In this document: in pieces, positions 7,792 to 17,733 of the stretch
How the letters are laid out: every line of letters begins with the position of its first letter
How positions within the stretch are numbered: the stretch's first letter is position 1
Source of the DNA: a virus
Length of the DNA stretch: 59,647 bases
Reading direction: 5' to 3' (one strand)
IMG/VR virus record: IMGVR_UViG_3300044726_000022
Span: 1-59,647 of that record
Notes under the pieces: model-generated
Told to the model about the DNA's origin: nothing
The model's input: the letters and a program-made list of their open reading frames with translations, nothing else
The model's database searches: none
Translations under genes and position numbers: made by a program

Positions 7792-10595
7792 CGCTTCCTC
7801 GCTCTCGTTGGCTTCGGTGCTTCCGGCTCAAGCGCCTTCAGGCGGCTGTCCAGTTCCTGCACGGCGTTGATCAGCGCGTAGAGCAGTGGGGTGTTGTCGA
7901 GCGTGCGGAGGTCGTCCACCTTCTCGCCGTCGATGTAGCCAGTGGTGCGCGACACGCACTCAGGGAACGACAGCTCCGCTTGCTGCGCGACGAGGCCGAT
8001 GTATTCCGTACCCTCGGTAGCCGCCGTGTGATGCATCGAGGTCTTGAAGGGCGCGCCGTAGCTACGCATCTCCTCCTCATCCTCGGTCGGATCGAACTTC
8101 GTGTCGTTGCCCTTGTAGCGATACGTCACCGGCCGCAGCTCCAGAAGCTGCGCGAGGCCGCTCTTGTATTCCCCGGTCACGGTCTTGATGCGAAGGTCTG
8201 AACCGGCAGTGAACGAGCCGCCGGACGGCTTGTAGATCGTGTCGTGCGAGAATGTCGTGACGCCAGTGGATCGGTACATGTGCATGCCGCCGCCGAGATA
8301 GGCACCGGCATCGTTGTAGCGCATCAGATTGTAGTCGGAACCGGAGTTAAGCCCGTCTTCCGACTGGGTATCACCGAAGCGCAGCACCCACCGCGCAGAG
8401 TTGTTCGTATTGCCCCAGATGATGTTGTACTCACCGTTCGCCGTCTTGTTGAGGGACAACGCGGGGTAAGATTTGGTGATGGTAACGTCGCCGGTAATTG
8501 GACCGCCGCTCTTGTCGTATTTGGGATCGACGTACTGCTTGGTGGCGATACCGAGCGCAGCAGTCGGATTGGCGAACACCGTTAGGAGGCCGTTGTTCCG
8601 CGTCCCTCTGAGCATGACCTTGTTGGTCGAGGCGGCGTCATTGAAGGACACAAGGTAGAAGTCGCTGCCGGTGTCGCTGCCGCCTTCTGCGGTTCCGTCG
8701 CCGATCTGCATCTGGTATCGAAAGACGCCGTTGCGCTTCGCAGAAATGAAGGAGCCACCGCTCGTCTTGTTGAGGGTGATGTCTGGATCAACCTTGGTGA
8801 TGGTGTGGTTGCCGGTGCTGTCGATAGCGCCGTTGACGGAGAGCAAGGTCGTTGTGAAATTGGCGACGTTGACCGCACCAGCGTAGACCTTGAGGACGTT
8901 GGGGGCGGCGGCTTCCGCCGAAATCCCGGTGTCGCTGTCGGATGAGAAAGAATGGGACGGGACACCGGCCGTGCCCAGCGGAGTGTAGATGCCGGACGAG
9001 GCGAGCTGAAAGCTGTCCACGCCGTTGAACACCACGTTGATGGTGTTCGTGACGGTGCGGAAGAAGCCGGTATCGGCGTCGGTGAAGCGAAGTGCTGGAG
9101 CAGCGACGGTGCCGTCAACAGCCGCAAGCGTCACCCCTGAGATCGAGCCGCCAGTGATCGCCACGGCCGATGGCGGCTGCGTTGCGAGCGCCGTGATGCC
9201 GAGATTGATGCGTGCGTTGGGGGGGTCGACGGCACCTGTTCCGCCATCGGCGACAAGCACTGTGGGGCCGGTGCGGTAGTAGATCGGATTGGACTTGTAC
9301 GTGAAGCCGCCCGTAGCCACGTCAAGCAGAAGGACGGAACCAGCAGCATTGTAAATACGGAAGCGGTCGAGGTTCGCGAGGACGTTGGTGGCAACACCGC
9401 CTTCGTCGTACAGCTTACCGCCGCTTGCTAACACCACCCCCGCGCCTGCGGCAGCGAAGGTGAGGTTGCCGGTCATGCTGTCGCCGGTCTTGGCGACCTT
9501 GCCGCCCACCGCCGCGTCGACGTAATTCTTTGGCGTCGGGTTCCACGACGTAGTTGATTGCTGCACCTCCATCGCGCCGGTCATCGTGCCGCCGCTCAGC
9601 GACAGCTTGAGCGCATCGGCCGCTGCTTGCGCGGTCGACACCGGCTTGGAGGCATCCGACGTGTTGTCGACGTTGCCGAGGCCGACATCCGACTTGGTGA
9701 GGGTGTACCAAGCGGTGGCATAGTCGGTGGCGCTGCTCTTGCGCGGGAATTGCCCGGTGGTGCCGCCAGCCGGAAGACCCGGCCCGGCCGGTCCCTGCGC
9801 GCCTGCGGTGCCAGGAACGCCCTGGATGCCTTGCGCGCCGGTATTGCCGGTGTCGCCTTTGACGCCCTGCGGCCCCTGCGCCCCGGCCGGTCCCGCCGGG
9901 CCGGGCACCGTCGAAGCCGGGCCGGTCGGTCCCTCTGGACCCGTGGCTCCAGTCGCCCCAGGAGGCCCCTGGGGGCCTGGAACGGTCGAGGCTGGCCCAG
10001 TGGGCCCTGTCGCTCCCGCCGCACCAGCGGGGCCCTGGATGCCTTGTATGCCCTGCGGGCCAGGGTCACCCTCTGGTCCTTCCGGGCCTGCCGGGCCGGT
10101 TGCCCCTGCAGCGCCGGTCGAGCCGGGTGTTCCGGGGACGCCCTGGATACCCTGAACGCCAGGATCACCCTTGTCACCCTTCACGCCAGGAGCGCCGGTA
10201 GCGCCGGTAGCGCCCGTCGAGCCGGTAGCCCCAGGAGGGCCTTGAACGCCCTGCGATCCCGGTGCTCCGGTGGGACCCTTCAGGTTGCCCCGGAAGGTCC
10301 ACGTCGAGCCCACGAGGTCGAAGTAGTCGCCTGTGGTGGAGTTGAGATACCAGTCGCCGGGAATTGCACCAGCGACCGTCGTGGGATTGTCTGTGCCGGT
10401 GTACCACACCTCGCCGGGCGTGCCGGGAATGCCGCCGCCGCCAGCGCCAGCGTCGATCAGGCCCTTGAGGTCGCTGAGCGCGGTCGAGACGCCCCGCAGC
10501 TCATCTTCGAGGCGCGCATTGTAGATGTTCGTGGCCCTGGGTGCTTCTCTCTCCCAATCCCAGTTGTGGGCGTAGGTCGAGCCGGTCCACGGCAT
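7788..10595 (-). CDS. tail fibre with collagen-like triple-helix region and C-terminal S74 intramolecular chaperone domain
   Basis: 935 aa. G-X-Y repeats at residues ~103-272. C-terminus ...[30 protein letters not shown]...[15 protein letters not shown]...[20 protein letters not shown] matches the auto-cleaving chaperone of endosialidase-type fibres. Confidence 0.85.
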   Translation of the reverse strand: MPWTGSTYAHNWDWEREAPRATNIYNARLEDELRGVSTALSDLKGLIDAGAGGGGIPGTPGEVWYTGTDNPTTVAGAIPGDWYLNSTTGDYFDLVGSTWTFRGNLKGPTGAPGSQGVQGPPGATGSTGATGATGAPGVKGDKGDPGVQGIQGVPGTPGSTGAAGATGPAGPEGPEGDPGPQGIQGIQGPAGAAGATGPTGPASTVPGPQGPPGATGATGPEGPTGPASTVPGPAGPAGAQGPQGVKGDTGNTGAQGIQGVPGTAGAQGPAGPGLPAGGTTGQFPRKSSATDYATAWYTLTKSDVGLGNVDNTSDASKPVSTAQAAADALKLSLSGGTMTGAMEVQQSTTSWNPTPKNYVDAAVGGKVAKTGDSMTGNLTFAAAGAGVVLASGGKLYDEGGVATNVLANLDRFRIYNAAGSVLLLDVATGGFTYKSNPIYYRTGPTVLVADGGTGAVDPPNARINLGITALATQPPSAVAITGGSISGVTLAAVDGTVAAPALRFTDADTGFFRTVTNTINVVFNGVDSFQLASSGIYTPLGTAGVPSHSFSSDSDTGISAEAAAPNVLKVYAGAVNVANFTTTLLSVNGAIDSTGNHTITKVDPDITLNKTSGGSFISAKRNGVFRYQMQIGDGTAEGGSDTGSDFYLVSFNDAASTNKVMLRGTRNNGLLTVFANPTAALGIATKQYVDPKYDKSGGPITGDVTITKSYPALSLNKTANGEYNIIWGNTNNSARWVLRFGDTQSEDGLNSGSDYNLMRYNDAGAYLGGGMHMYRSTGVTTFSHDTIYKPSGGSFTAGSDLRIKTVTGEYKSGLAQLLELRPVTYRYKGNDTKFDPTEDEEEMRSYGAPFKTSMHHTAATEGTEYIGLVAQQAELSFPECVSRTTGYIDGEKVDDLRTLDNTPLLYALINAVQELDSRLKALEPEAPKPTRARKR
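9780..10289 (-). repeat. collagen-like G-X-Y coding repeats
   Basis: ~170 residues of [19 protein letters not shown]..., interrupted twice by PASTVPG. This generates the long spurious ORFs on both strands here. Confidence 0.9.
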
Positions 10596-10807
10596 CAGTG
10601 GCCGGAAGGTTCGCTGCGGCCATTGGCCTGCACGCGGGGCTGCGGCGCGTCGAACATCGACGGCTCGCCCTGCTGCGCGATCTGCTGCTGCGCTTGCGCG
10701 AGCTGCGCCGTCAGCTCATCGATCTTGGCCTGCCGTGCGATATTTTGGACGGTCAAGTCGCCGATCCACTGCTTGATCTTGGTGTCGATCTCTTGCTCGA
10801 TGCTCAT
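10595..10807 (-). CDS. small coiled-coil protein between the two fibre genes
   Basis: 70 aa track ORF; Q/A-rich helix ([18 protein letters not shown]). Stop is coupled to the fibre start. Confidence 0.6.
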   Translation of the reverse strand: MSIEQEIDTKIKQWIGDLTVQNIARQAKIDELTAQLAQAQQQIAQQGEPSMFDAPQPRVQANGRSEPSGH

Positions 10808-10819
10808 GCGATCTCCTTC

Positions 10820-13045
10820 TCAGGTGAGGGTGAAGGTCTTGGTGACGCCGCCGAGGCGAATGTGGACGGAGCTGCCGCTCGCCCAGAAGTCGCCGTCCTG
10901 CGGCGCGGCAGGGGCGTTAGCGGCCAAGTTGAGGAGGCCGTAGTAGAGGTGGACCCTGTCGTTCCCGGCGCTGCCGTCGAAGCCCATAAGGGGCTTTGCG
11001 TTGGCGACGATACGCATCAGATCCTGCGCGGCACGGTAGATGCCGGTGTTGCTGTCTTGGCCAAAGGAGATGCCGGGGAGGGCAACAGCGCCGTCAGGGA
11101 AGTAGACGCCAGCGCCCGAAAAGACCGTCGACAGCACTCCGCCGCAGATGACGTTGATGCTGTTCGCCACGGCATTTGAGAAGCCGGTGTCGGTGTCCAA
11201 AAGGAAGCTGATGCCGGGCACGACCTGAGAGCCCGCCGCGAAGAAGGCTCCAGGCGGAGCAAAGACGGCAACCAGCGTGCCGTCGGCCGAGATGCCGATG
11301 TTGGCGGCGGCTTGCCGGAAGATGCCGGTATTGTCGTCGGTCAGGAAGCTATAGCTTGGCTGGTCAGCGGTGCCGTTGGCGGCGTAGGTGGTGCTGCCGC
11401 CGGGCTGGTAGACAGCGAGGATCTGACTGCCCGCCAGGACGGTCATGGTGTTCGCGGCGTGGAGCCGCAGCCCGGTGGACTGGTCCTGCAGGAACGAGAT
11501 GCCGGGGGTGGAGGCGGGCCCGGCAGGGAACAGCGCCGCAGTAGCCTTGAAGGTCGCCGAGGCCACTCCGCCGCAGACGACGTTGATGTTGTCGCCGGAC
11601 GGATTGGAGAGGCCGGTGTTGGTGTCGAGGAGGAAGCTGATGCCGGGAACGGTCGCCATGCCCGCCGAGAAGAAGCCGCCCTGCGGATTGAAGACGGCGA
11701 CCGGCGTGCCAGCGGCTGAAATGCCGATGTTGTTCTCTGCCTGCCAGTAGATGCCGGTGTCGACCGCCGCGTCGTAGGCGAACGAGATGCCTGGGGCGGA
11801 GGGCGTGCCGCTGGGAACGTAGAGGGCGCTGACGGTGAAGGTCGCCGCAACCTGCCCGCCGCAGACGACGTTGATGGCATCGCTCGCCGGACGCGAGAAG
11901 CCGGTGTTGAGATCCGCGATGAAGCCGATGCCGGGGAGGTTGGTGCCGCCGGACGTTCCGTCCCGGAAGAAGCCCCCTTGCGGGTTGAAAATCGCAACCG
12001 GCACGGCGTTGGAGGAGATGCCGACGTTGCCGAGCCCGCTCAGGTAAATGCCCGTCCCGGCGTCGGGGACGAAGCTGTAGGCGGGAGCTGCGGGATTTCC
12101 CACGGCGACATTGGAAAGGATCGGGACGCCGATGCCCGTGTAGGTCTGCGCGAACGACACCGTGTTGATGCCGTTGTTGCTCACGCCGATGGTGCCGTCT
12201 GCGGGCTGGTGATAGAAGCCGCTGTCGTCGTCGCCGACGAACGAATAGCCGGGCACTTCCTTCGACCCGGAATTGCCCCTGATCTGCACGGCGACGGTCA
12301 TCAAGCTCTGCGAGATCGTCACCGGAGTGAGGCCGTCGCAGGAGATGCCGAGGATGCCGTTGCTCTGACGGTAGAGGCCGGTGTTGTTGTCCCCGGCGAA
12401 CGAATAGGCGGGAAGCTCTTGCGTCCCGGAGATCGCCAGGATCTGCACATGCGCCACCATGTGCGTCGGCCACAGGTCGAGATTGTATGCGCTACCGACC
12501 ACGAACCTGACCGGATAATTGCCGTCCGTGCCGACGTGCATCGCGCCGGTCAGGCCGTCGCCGGTCGTATCGTGGTTGATGTGGATGACGCCCGTGACGA
12601 CGCCGCCCTGCATATCGATCCGCGCCGCCGCATCGGCACCGAGATTGCTGTTCTTCAGGTTGAACGCCAAGGCCCCGTCGAAAGCCTTCACCACGCTGAG
12701 CTTGTTCGGCACCATCAGGATCTCACCGTGCGCGAAGCTGGCGAGGTTGGCGCTGTTGGCCGAGAGGCCGAGAGTGTTCGCCGTGGCGCGGTAGAAGCCG
12801 AGGTGGGTGTCGTTGATGAAGGTGATGCTCGGTTCGGCGGGTGTTCCGTCACCGAACCGGACGGTCTGGAACGAGATCGGTCCAGTCGAAGTCGACTGCC
12901 CGTCGCGCGTGAGACAGTTGGACAGGCCGTCGGCGATGCCTTGCAGCTCCGCGTCCACGCGCACGCTCGTGACCGGGATCAGGGCATTGCGATCAGCTTC
13001 GAAGTTGTGGATGCGGAAGAACGTCCCTGAGCCGTTAAAAGGCAT
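10820..13045 (-). CDS. tail fibre / tail spike-like protein built from tandem fibre repeats
   Basis: 741 aa. ~14 degenerate 30-35 aa units P(G/A)(I/Y)SF..D.(N/D)TG(I/L/F)..., reminiscent of the phage tail fibre repeat (Phage_fiber_2 type). Confidence 0.8.
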   Translation of the reverse strand: MPFNGSGTFFRIHNFEADRNALIPVTSVRVDAELQGIADGLSNCLTRDGQSTSTGPISFQTVRFGDGTPAEPSITFINDTHLGFYRATANTLGLSANSANLASFAHGEILMVPNKLSVVKAFDGALAFNLKNSNLGADAAARIDMQGGVVTGVIHINHDTTGDGLTGAMHVGTDGNYPVRFVVGSAYNLDLWPTHMVAHVQILAISGTQELPAYSFAGDNNTGLYRQSNGILGISCDGLTPVTISQSLMTVAVQIRGNSGSKEVPGYSFVGDDDSGFYHQPADGTIGVSNNGINTVSFAQTYTGIGVPILSNVAVGNPAAPAYSFVPDAGTGIYLSGLGNVGISSNAVPVAIFNPQGGFFRDGTSGGTNLPGIGFIADLNTGFSRPASDAINVVCGGQVAATFTVSALYVPSGTPSAPGISFAYDAAVDTGIYWQAENNIGISAAGTPVAVFNPQGGFFSAGMATVPGISFLLDTNTGLSNPSGDNINVVCGGVASATFKATAALFPAGPASTPGISFLQDQSTGLRLHAANTMTVLAGSQILAVYQPGGSTTYAANGTADQPSYSFLTDDNTGIFRQAAANIGISADGTLVAVFAPPGAFFAAGSQVVPGISFLLDTDTGFSNAVANSINVICGGVLSTVFSGAGVYFPDGAVALPGISFGQDSNTGIYRAAQDLMRIVANAKPLMGFDGSAGNDRVHLYYGLLNLAANAPAAPQDGDFWASGSSVHIRLGGVTKTFTLT
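10976..12418 (-). repeat. tandem degenerate coding repeats (fibre repeat units)
   Basis: Examples: PAYSFAGDNNTGLY, PGYSFVGDDDSGFY, PGISFLLDTNTGLS, PGISFLLDTDTGFS, PGISFGQDSNTGIY. Coordinates are approximate. Confidence 0.75.
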
Positions 13046-13056
13046 CGCGAGCCCCC

Positions 13057-14856
13057 TTATTTTACGTTGTATTTTGGCCTGACCGTGATGCGCTCACGCT
13101 CGCGCTCGTCTTCGTCGCGCTTGCTCTTCTGCCCGGAGATCAGCGCATTCACCAGCGCTCGCCGGGTAGCGCTCGGGCGCGCCTCACCGCCGAGGATTTG
13201 GTTCCCCAGGTAGGCTTGGCCAGGACGCGACATGATGGTGCGGCCAACCATGGCCGGAAGCGCGTAACCGGCGGCCATCCCGGCGACGGCCCCAGGGATG
13301 CCCGCAATCCCGCCGCCAACCCCGGCACCGAGCCCGGCACCGCCGACGTTCATGGCGTTCTGCAGCATCGAGCGGCCAGCGGTGCCGCTCTGCGGCAGCG
13401 GCTTCATAATGCTGTCTGCGGCGACCGCCAGATCGTTCAGGTCGCCACGACCGCGACTGAAGTTGCGACTGCCGCCAATGGTCCTCGTAGCGTTCCGCAG
13501 CGCCGCCGCCGACATCTGTCCGAGCCCCAGATCTGACGACGCGGCGAGCATCGCCTTCTCGACCGCGAGCGCGTTGCGGTACTGGCCACGCACTTCGCGG
13601 AAGGCCCCGGCGTCGGGCGAACCGTTGCGCGCCATGGACCGCTCCATGGCGTCGTCGAGCGCGTGTCGGATGCGGTAGATCGCGCGCTGCGCTCCGCTGT
13701 CGGAGGCGTTGCGCGCAGCTTCCGCGAGCTGCGACGTGTACCTGTTGTAGGCCTCTCCAGAGAGCGGAGATCCGGGTGCGGATGTTGCCCGGTGATGGAT
13801 GTCCTGTACGATGCGGTCAATGATGGGAACGCGCATGCCGGGCGCGGTGACATCGAGGTAGCCCCGGTAGGTGGTGGCTAGGTCGGCCGCCAGGGCATTG
13901 TCGAGATCCATCGCATTTCGGCGACCGAGCGTCTCGAAGCGGTTGCCGAGCCGACCGAACATCTGGTCGATTTCAGGTCGGCCGACGCCCTGGCCGGGAG
14001 GAATGTTCTCGCCAGCGCTGCGGGCAGCAGCTCGCGCCAGATCCTCGCGCTGGGTCGGCAGCGTGGTCGATGCGCGGCCTCCAGAGAATGGCATCTCGGC
14101 GGCTTGGCTTTCCACGTTGTGGAGGGCCTTGTTGCCGGTGACCTGTCCGGCGGTCGGATGCAGCCCCTCCTGGCGCAGGGTGTCCACCAGCGCCTGACGG
14201 CCTGCATTGATCGGATTGGGCGTGATGAAGCGACCGGCCGCAGCCGCGCCGAACGGTGCAGCCATGGCACCGGCAGCGCGTGCCCAGGGCTCGACGTCAG
14301 TGCCCTTGAAAAATGACCCGGCCCCTTCCGACAGGACGCCTGGGGCCACCACGTTGGCACCGCGCCGCACGAGGTTCGACGCCAGCGAGACGCCGCCGCG
14401 CACCGGCATGGCGACGTTCGGCGCGAACTCGCCAATGCTCTGTGCGTAGTCCTCGGCCGTGTTCTGCGGCTTGCGGAACTCGCCCGTGACGCCTTCGACC
14501 TTCTTCTGGATATCAGCCGACGACGGCGGCGGTGGAGCTTGCCCCATGCTGAAGAGCGCAGTGCCTGGGCTCGCAATGGCACCCGCAATGCGGCGGCCGG
14601 TCTGGCCGTAGCCGGGAGCGTACTCTTCGGTCTTGCGGCCGATGAAGTCGGCGAAGTCGCCGCCCGCGCCGAACATGCCGATGACGCCCTTGGCAGCACC
14701 GACGCCTGCCTGCTTGGCGGCACCGCCCCAGGTGAAGGGTTGATCGACGCGCTCGGGCGGCTTGGCGGCAGGCGTCGGGTCCGCCCACGGCATCTCCCAC
14801 GGCGGCGGCTTGGCCTCTTCTTCCCGCCACGGCATGTTCCAGGGTTCGTCAGCCAT
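13057..14856 (-). CDS. internal virion / ejection-type protein (hypothetical)
   Basis: 599 aa. W/P-rich N-terminus; glycine-zipper hydrophobic segment near the C-terminus (GGAGLGAGVGGGIAGIPGAVAGMAAGYALPAMVG). Position is between the core proteins and the fibres. Confidence 0.6.
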   Translation of the reverse strand: MADEPWNMPWREEEAKPPPWEMPWADPTPAAKPPERVDQPFTWGGAAKQAGVGAAKGVIGMFGAGGDFADFIGRKTEEYAPGYGQTGRRIAGAIASPGTALFSMGQAPPPPSSADIQKKVEGVTGEFRKPQNTAEDYAQSIGEFAPNVAMPVRGGVSLASNLVRRGANVVAPGVLSEGAGSFFKGTDVEPWARAAGAMAAPFGAAAAGRFITPNPINAGRQALVDTLRQEGLHPTAGQVTGNKALHNVESQAAEMPFSGGRASTTLPTQREDLARAAARSAGENIPPGQGVGRPEIDQMFGRLGNRFETLGRRNAMDLDNALAADLATTYRGYLDVTAPGMRVPIIDRIVQDIHHRATSAPGSPLSGEAYNRYTSQLAEAARNASDSGAQRAIYRIRHALDDAMERSMARNGSPDAGAFREVRGQYRNALAVEKAMLAASSDLGLGQMSAAALRNATRTIGGSRNFSRGRGDLNDLAVAADSIMKPLPQSGTAGRSMLQNAMNVGGAGLGAGVGGGIAGIPGAVAGMAAGYALPAMVGRTIMSRPGQAYLGNQILGGEARPSATRRALVNALISGQKSKRDEDERERERITVRPKYNVK

Positions 14857-17733
14857 TTACTGGACCCTCTGCCAATTTCCCCGGTCCCGCACCGAGCCAC
14901 CCAGGTAGCGGTAGCCGTTGACGATGGTGCCAATCGATGGCGGCGGCTGACCACCTCCGCCACCTCCACCTCCCTGCGGCTCCGCCGCGCCAGCACGCTT
15001 GCGGGTGTTCTCCATCCCGGACCTGATGACGGCAGCGAAGTCGTCGAGCGCGGCGTCGAACTCCTTCGCGTCGGTGGAGCGGCTCATGCGGTTGAGCGCC
15101 TCGGTCGCCTTCTTGCCCTCCGGTTCGGTGATCGCCCCGCCGCCCTTGAGTGCCTCGTAGGCCTGCAGGAAGGCTGAACCCTTGAGCTGCTCGAAGCGCG
15201 TAACGAACCCTGCCGCCGACGTACCTGGGAACGGTGTGGTCTGCCCAAAGACCGGACCCGTCGCCCACTGGCGGCCGGGATGCTTGCGAAGCTCTTCGAC
15301 TTGTTGCAGGGCCTGCTGAGCCTTGGTGACGGCGGCAGGCAGCTCCTGCTGCGCCTTCCCCTTGTCGGTGCCGACCGCCTGCTGCCGCTTCACCTCCTCT
15401 TCGTTCTTCGAGGCGATGCCGATCAGGCCCTTGTGATAGGGGTCGTAGCGGGCGGTGAACGAGCCGTGGTCGACCGTGATGTCGGGCTTGTCCTTGCCGC
15501 CAGCGATCTCCGTCGCCTTCCGGGTGAACGGATGGAAGGCGTACATTTTGCCGTCCACGTCCTTGATCTCATAAGGGTGCTCGACAAGGTACGGCGCGCG
15601 GAGCTGCAAGGCCAAGTCCATAGCCTGATCGTTGCCGTTCTTGGCCGCCGCAATGAGCTGGTTGTATTGCCGCTGGACATGTTCCGGCATCGGACGCCGC
15701 ACCGGCCCCGGCACCTCGCCAGGGTTCGGGCGAGCCTCGGGCGCGCCCAGGAACTGCTGAATGGACGGGTCCGGCGACCGGATGATGCCAGGGTACTTCG
15801 ACGGATCGACGTCGACCGCCGCAGGGGGGCGGCCTGACGCAGGCGGCCGGGCTCCTGCGGGCGCAGGGGCGGGGGCGGCCTGGGCCTGGGGCGGGTAGGT
15901 CGGCGTCGGCGACATCAGGCCGCCGTCGCCCGGAGGGGCGAGGACGCCAGCGCGGGGCGGTGCCGCAGGCGCACCTGGGACGGCACCGGCACCGGCAGTC
16001 GCGGGCGACGGACGCCCTCCCGGCGGAAGGGGGGCAGGAACCGGCGCAGGAGGCCCCTGGGGAGCCTGCAGCGCTTGGGCCTGGGCAAGTACCGGCCCAG
16101 GGCCAGCGCCACCAGCGGGGCTCGGAGGCGGCCAGATGGCGTCCCTCTCGCCCCGCATCGGGACGGCGTCAGGATCAGGCTGCATCCCAGGGGGCATTGA
16201 AGCTGCCATAGAGCCCGTCATCCCACCATTCGGGTCGGCGAAAGGGATGGCGGCCATGGGCCCACCTCCGATGTCGCCGTCCGGGCCTCCCATCGACTGC
16301 GGCCCCGGTGGTGGAGCACCCTCGAAGCGCTCCCGGAAGGGCGACATCTGCGCCGGTCCAGCCTGCGGTGGGCCCATCGGCGGCGGCGTGGGCGGTGCCC
16401 CCGTGGGCGGCATGGAGGGGCGCTGCATGGGCGGCTGCATGGGCGGCACCGGAGCTGCACCGCCATAGCCGCCGACCGGCGGCGGCGCGAAGCTCTGCGC
16501 TCCTCCGCCCGGAGAAGGAGGAGTGACCGGCGTATCGGTCTGCTGCCGGTCGCCTACCGGGGCCGCATCGCGCCGCGCGCCTGGGAAGGTGGGAAGGCGG
16601 TAGAACTGGTTGCCACCGAAATTGCCGATAGGCGTCTGCCCTCGCGTCCAGCTTGGCATATTCCGCCCAAGCGTCTCTTGCCCGCCAGGGCTGACGAAGT
16701 GGTTAGCACCGCCGGTCGGGTCTTCGTCCTCGCCGCGCAGCATACGAATGGTCGCCTCCCTCGCCCGCTCGAATTGCGGTGTGCCGGGTGCGGCGTCTTG
16801 GTAGTTCCTGTTGCCGTACCCTTCGAATTGGCGCGGCCTGGAGACGACGGCCTGGAGATCACCACCCGACCCCCTGGCGCGGTTCGCCATCACCGCCGCG
16901 ACGGCGCGCATGGCCTCCGGGTCGCGTGACGGAGCTTCCGCCACGATGGTTCGGATCGCCGCCTCTTCGGCTGGTGACACGTCTCCGCCACCGCCTTCCG
17001 AGGCGTAGGCCGTTGCCCGCACCGGATCGTCGCCAGCGCGGCTCTGCGGCCCAGGCCGTGGCTCGTCCAGCGGCGGCCAGACGGCATCGTCAGCCGGGGC
17101 AGGGCGCGCGGGTCGGGGCGGCGCTCGCTCCAGTGCAGGCATCTGCCCGGCGGCAGGCATCTGGGTGCTGCCGCCCGCACCCATCGGCGCTGCGGCCCCC
17201 CGCATGAAGGTGGGAGTTGCAGGGACGGCTACGCTCTGCTGCATGATCGGGCCGTCGGCGGCCGGGAACGGATAGCGCGTGTCAGGGCTATCGCCGGGCC
17301 GCCACGGGTTCGCGCCAGACCATTCGTCCGCGTAGGAGCGCCGCCCTTCTGCGGGCTCGACGGCGGCTGCGGAAGAGGACGGCGGAACGGCGGCTCGCGG
17401 GATGTCCGCTGGCGGGCGCGGCGGTGGGTTGGCGACGGGGACTGCCGCCTGCGCCCTGCCGGAAGGGGTGGCGGGTTGCGTCGGCGGCTGGTTCTTGGGG
17501 TCGGCAATGATGCCCGTGCCCTCTCTGCGGTCCTGGCGCTCCTTCTTCAGGTCGTACTCGAGCAGCGCTCGGTCGGTCAATCCGGCGAGCCCTTGCAGAT
17601 GCATGCCCATAGGCGTGGACGGCTTGATCTGGCGCTTGGCGGCGGCCTCCTGCATCAGGAACTTCGCCATCGCCTTGCGGAAGCTCTCTTCCGGCTGCTG
17701 CAAGATGAAGGTGCCAGCGGGCCCGGTTGTCAT
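14857..17733 (-). CDS. large Pro-rich virion protein with SleB-type cell-wall hydrolase domain
   Basis: 958 aa. ...AIRTIVAEAPSRDPEAMRAVAAVMANRARGSGGDLQAVVSRPRQFEGY... matches the Hydrolase_2/SleB signature (approx. 16579-16971). The rest is largely P/G/A low complexity. Confidence 0.75.
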   Translation of the reverse strand: MTTGPAGTFILQQPEESFRKAMAKFLMQEAAAKRQIKPSTPMGMHLQGLAGLTDRALLEYDLKKERQDRREGTGIIADPKNQPPTQPATPSGRAQAAVPVANPPPRPPADIPRAAVPPSSSAAAVEPAEGRRSYADEWSGANPWRPGDSPDTRYPFPAADGPIMQQSVAVPATPTFMRGAAAPMGAGGSTQMPAAGQMPALERAPPRPARPAPADDAVWPPLDEPRPGPQSRAGDDPVRATAYASEGGGGDVSPAEEAAIRTIVAEAPSRDPEAMRAVAAVMANRARGSGGDLQAVVSRPRQFEGYGNRNYQDAAPGTPQFERAREATIRMLRGEDEDPTGGANHFVSPGGQETLGRNMPSWTRGQTPIGNFGGNQFYRLPTFPGARRDAAPVGDRQQTDTPVTPPSPGGGAQSFAPPPVGGYGGAAPVPPMQPPMQRPSMPPTGAPPTPPPMGPPQAGPAQMSPFRERFEGAPPPGPQSMGGPDGDIGGGPMAAIPFADPNGGMTGSMAASMPPGMQPDPDAVPMRGERDAIWPPPSPAGGAGPGPVLAQAQALQAPQGPPAPVPAPLPPGGRPSPATAGAGAVPGAPAAPPRAGVLAPPGDGGLMSPTPTYPPQAQAAPAPAPAGARPPASGRPPAAVDVDPSKYPGIIRSPDPSIQQFLGAPEARPNPGEVPGPVRRPMPEHVQRQYNQLIAAAKNGNDQAMDLALQLRAPYLVEHPYEIKDVDGKMYAFHPFTRKATEIAGGKDKPDITVDHGSFTARYDPYHKGLIGIASKNEEEVKRQQAVGTDKGKAQQELPAAVTKAQQALQQVEELRKHPGRQWATGPVFGQTTPFPGTSAAGFVTRFEQLKGSAFLQAYEALKGGGAITEPEGKKATEALNRMSRSTDAKEFDAALDDFAAVIRSGMENTRKRAGAAEPQGGGGGGGGQPPPSIGTIVNGYRYLGGSVRDRGNWQRVQ

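Noticed and set aside
9558-10943. 461-aa + strand ORF and other long ORFs (9596..10177, 9727..10155, 10174..10407) over the fibre gene
   Set aside because: They are alternative or antisense readings of the G-X-Y collagen-like repeats. Their products are R/A/G-rich with no start context, and the - strand frame 7788..10595 has a coherent domain structure.
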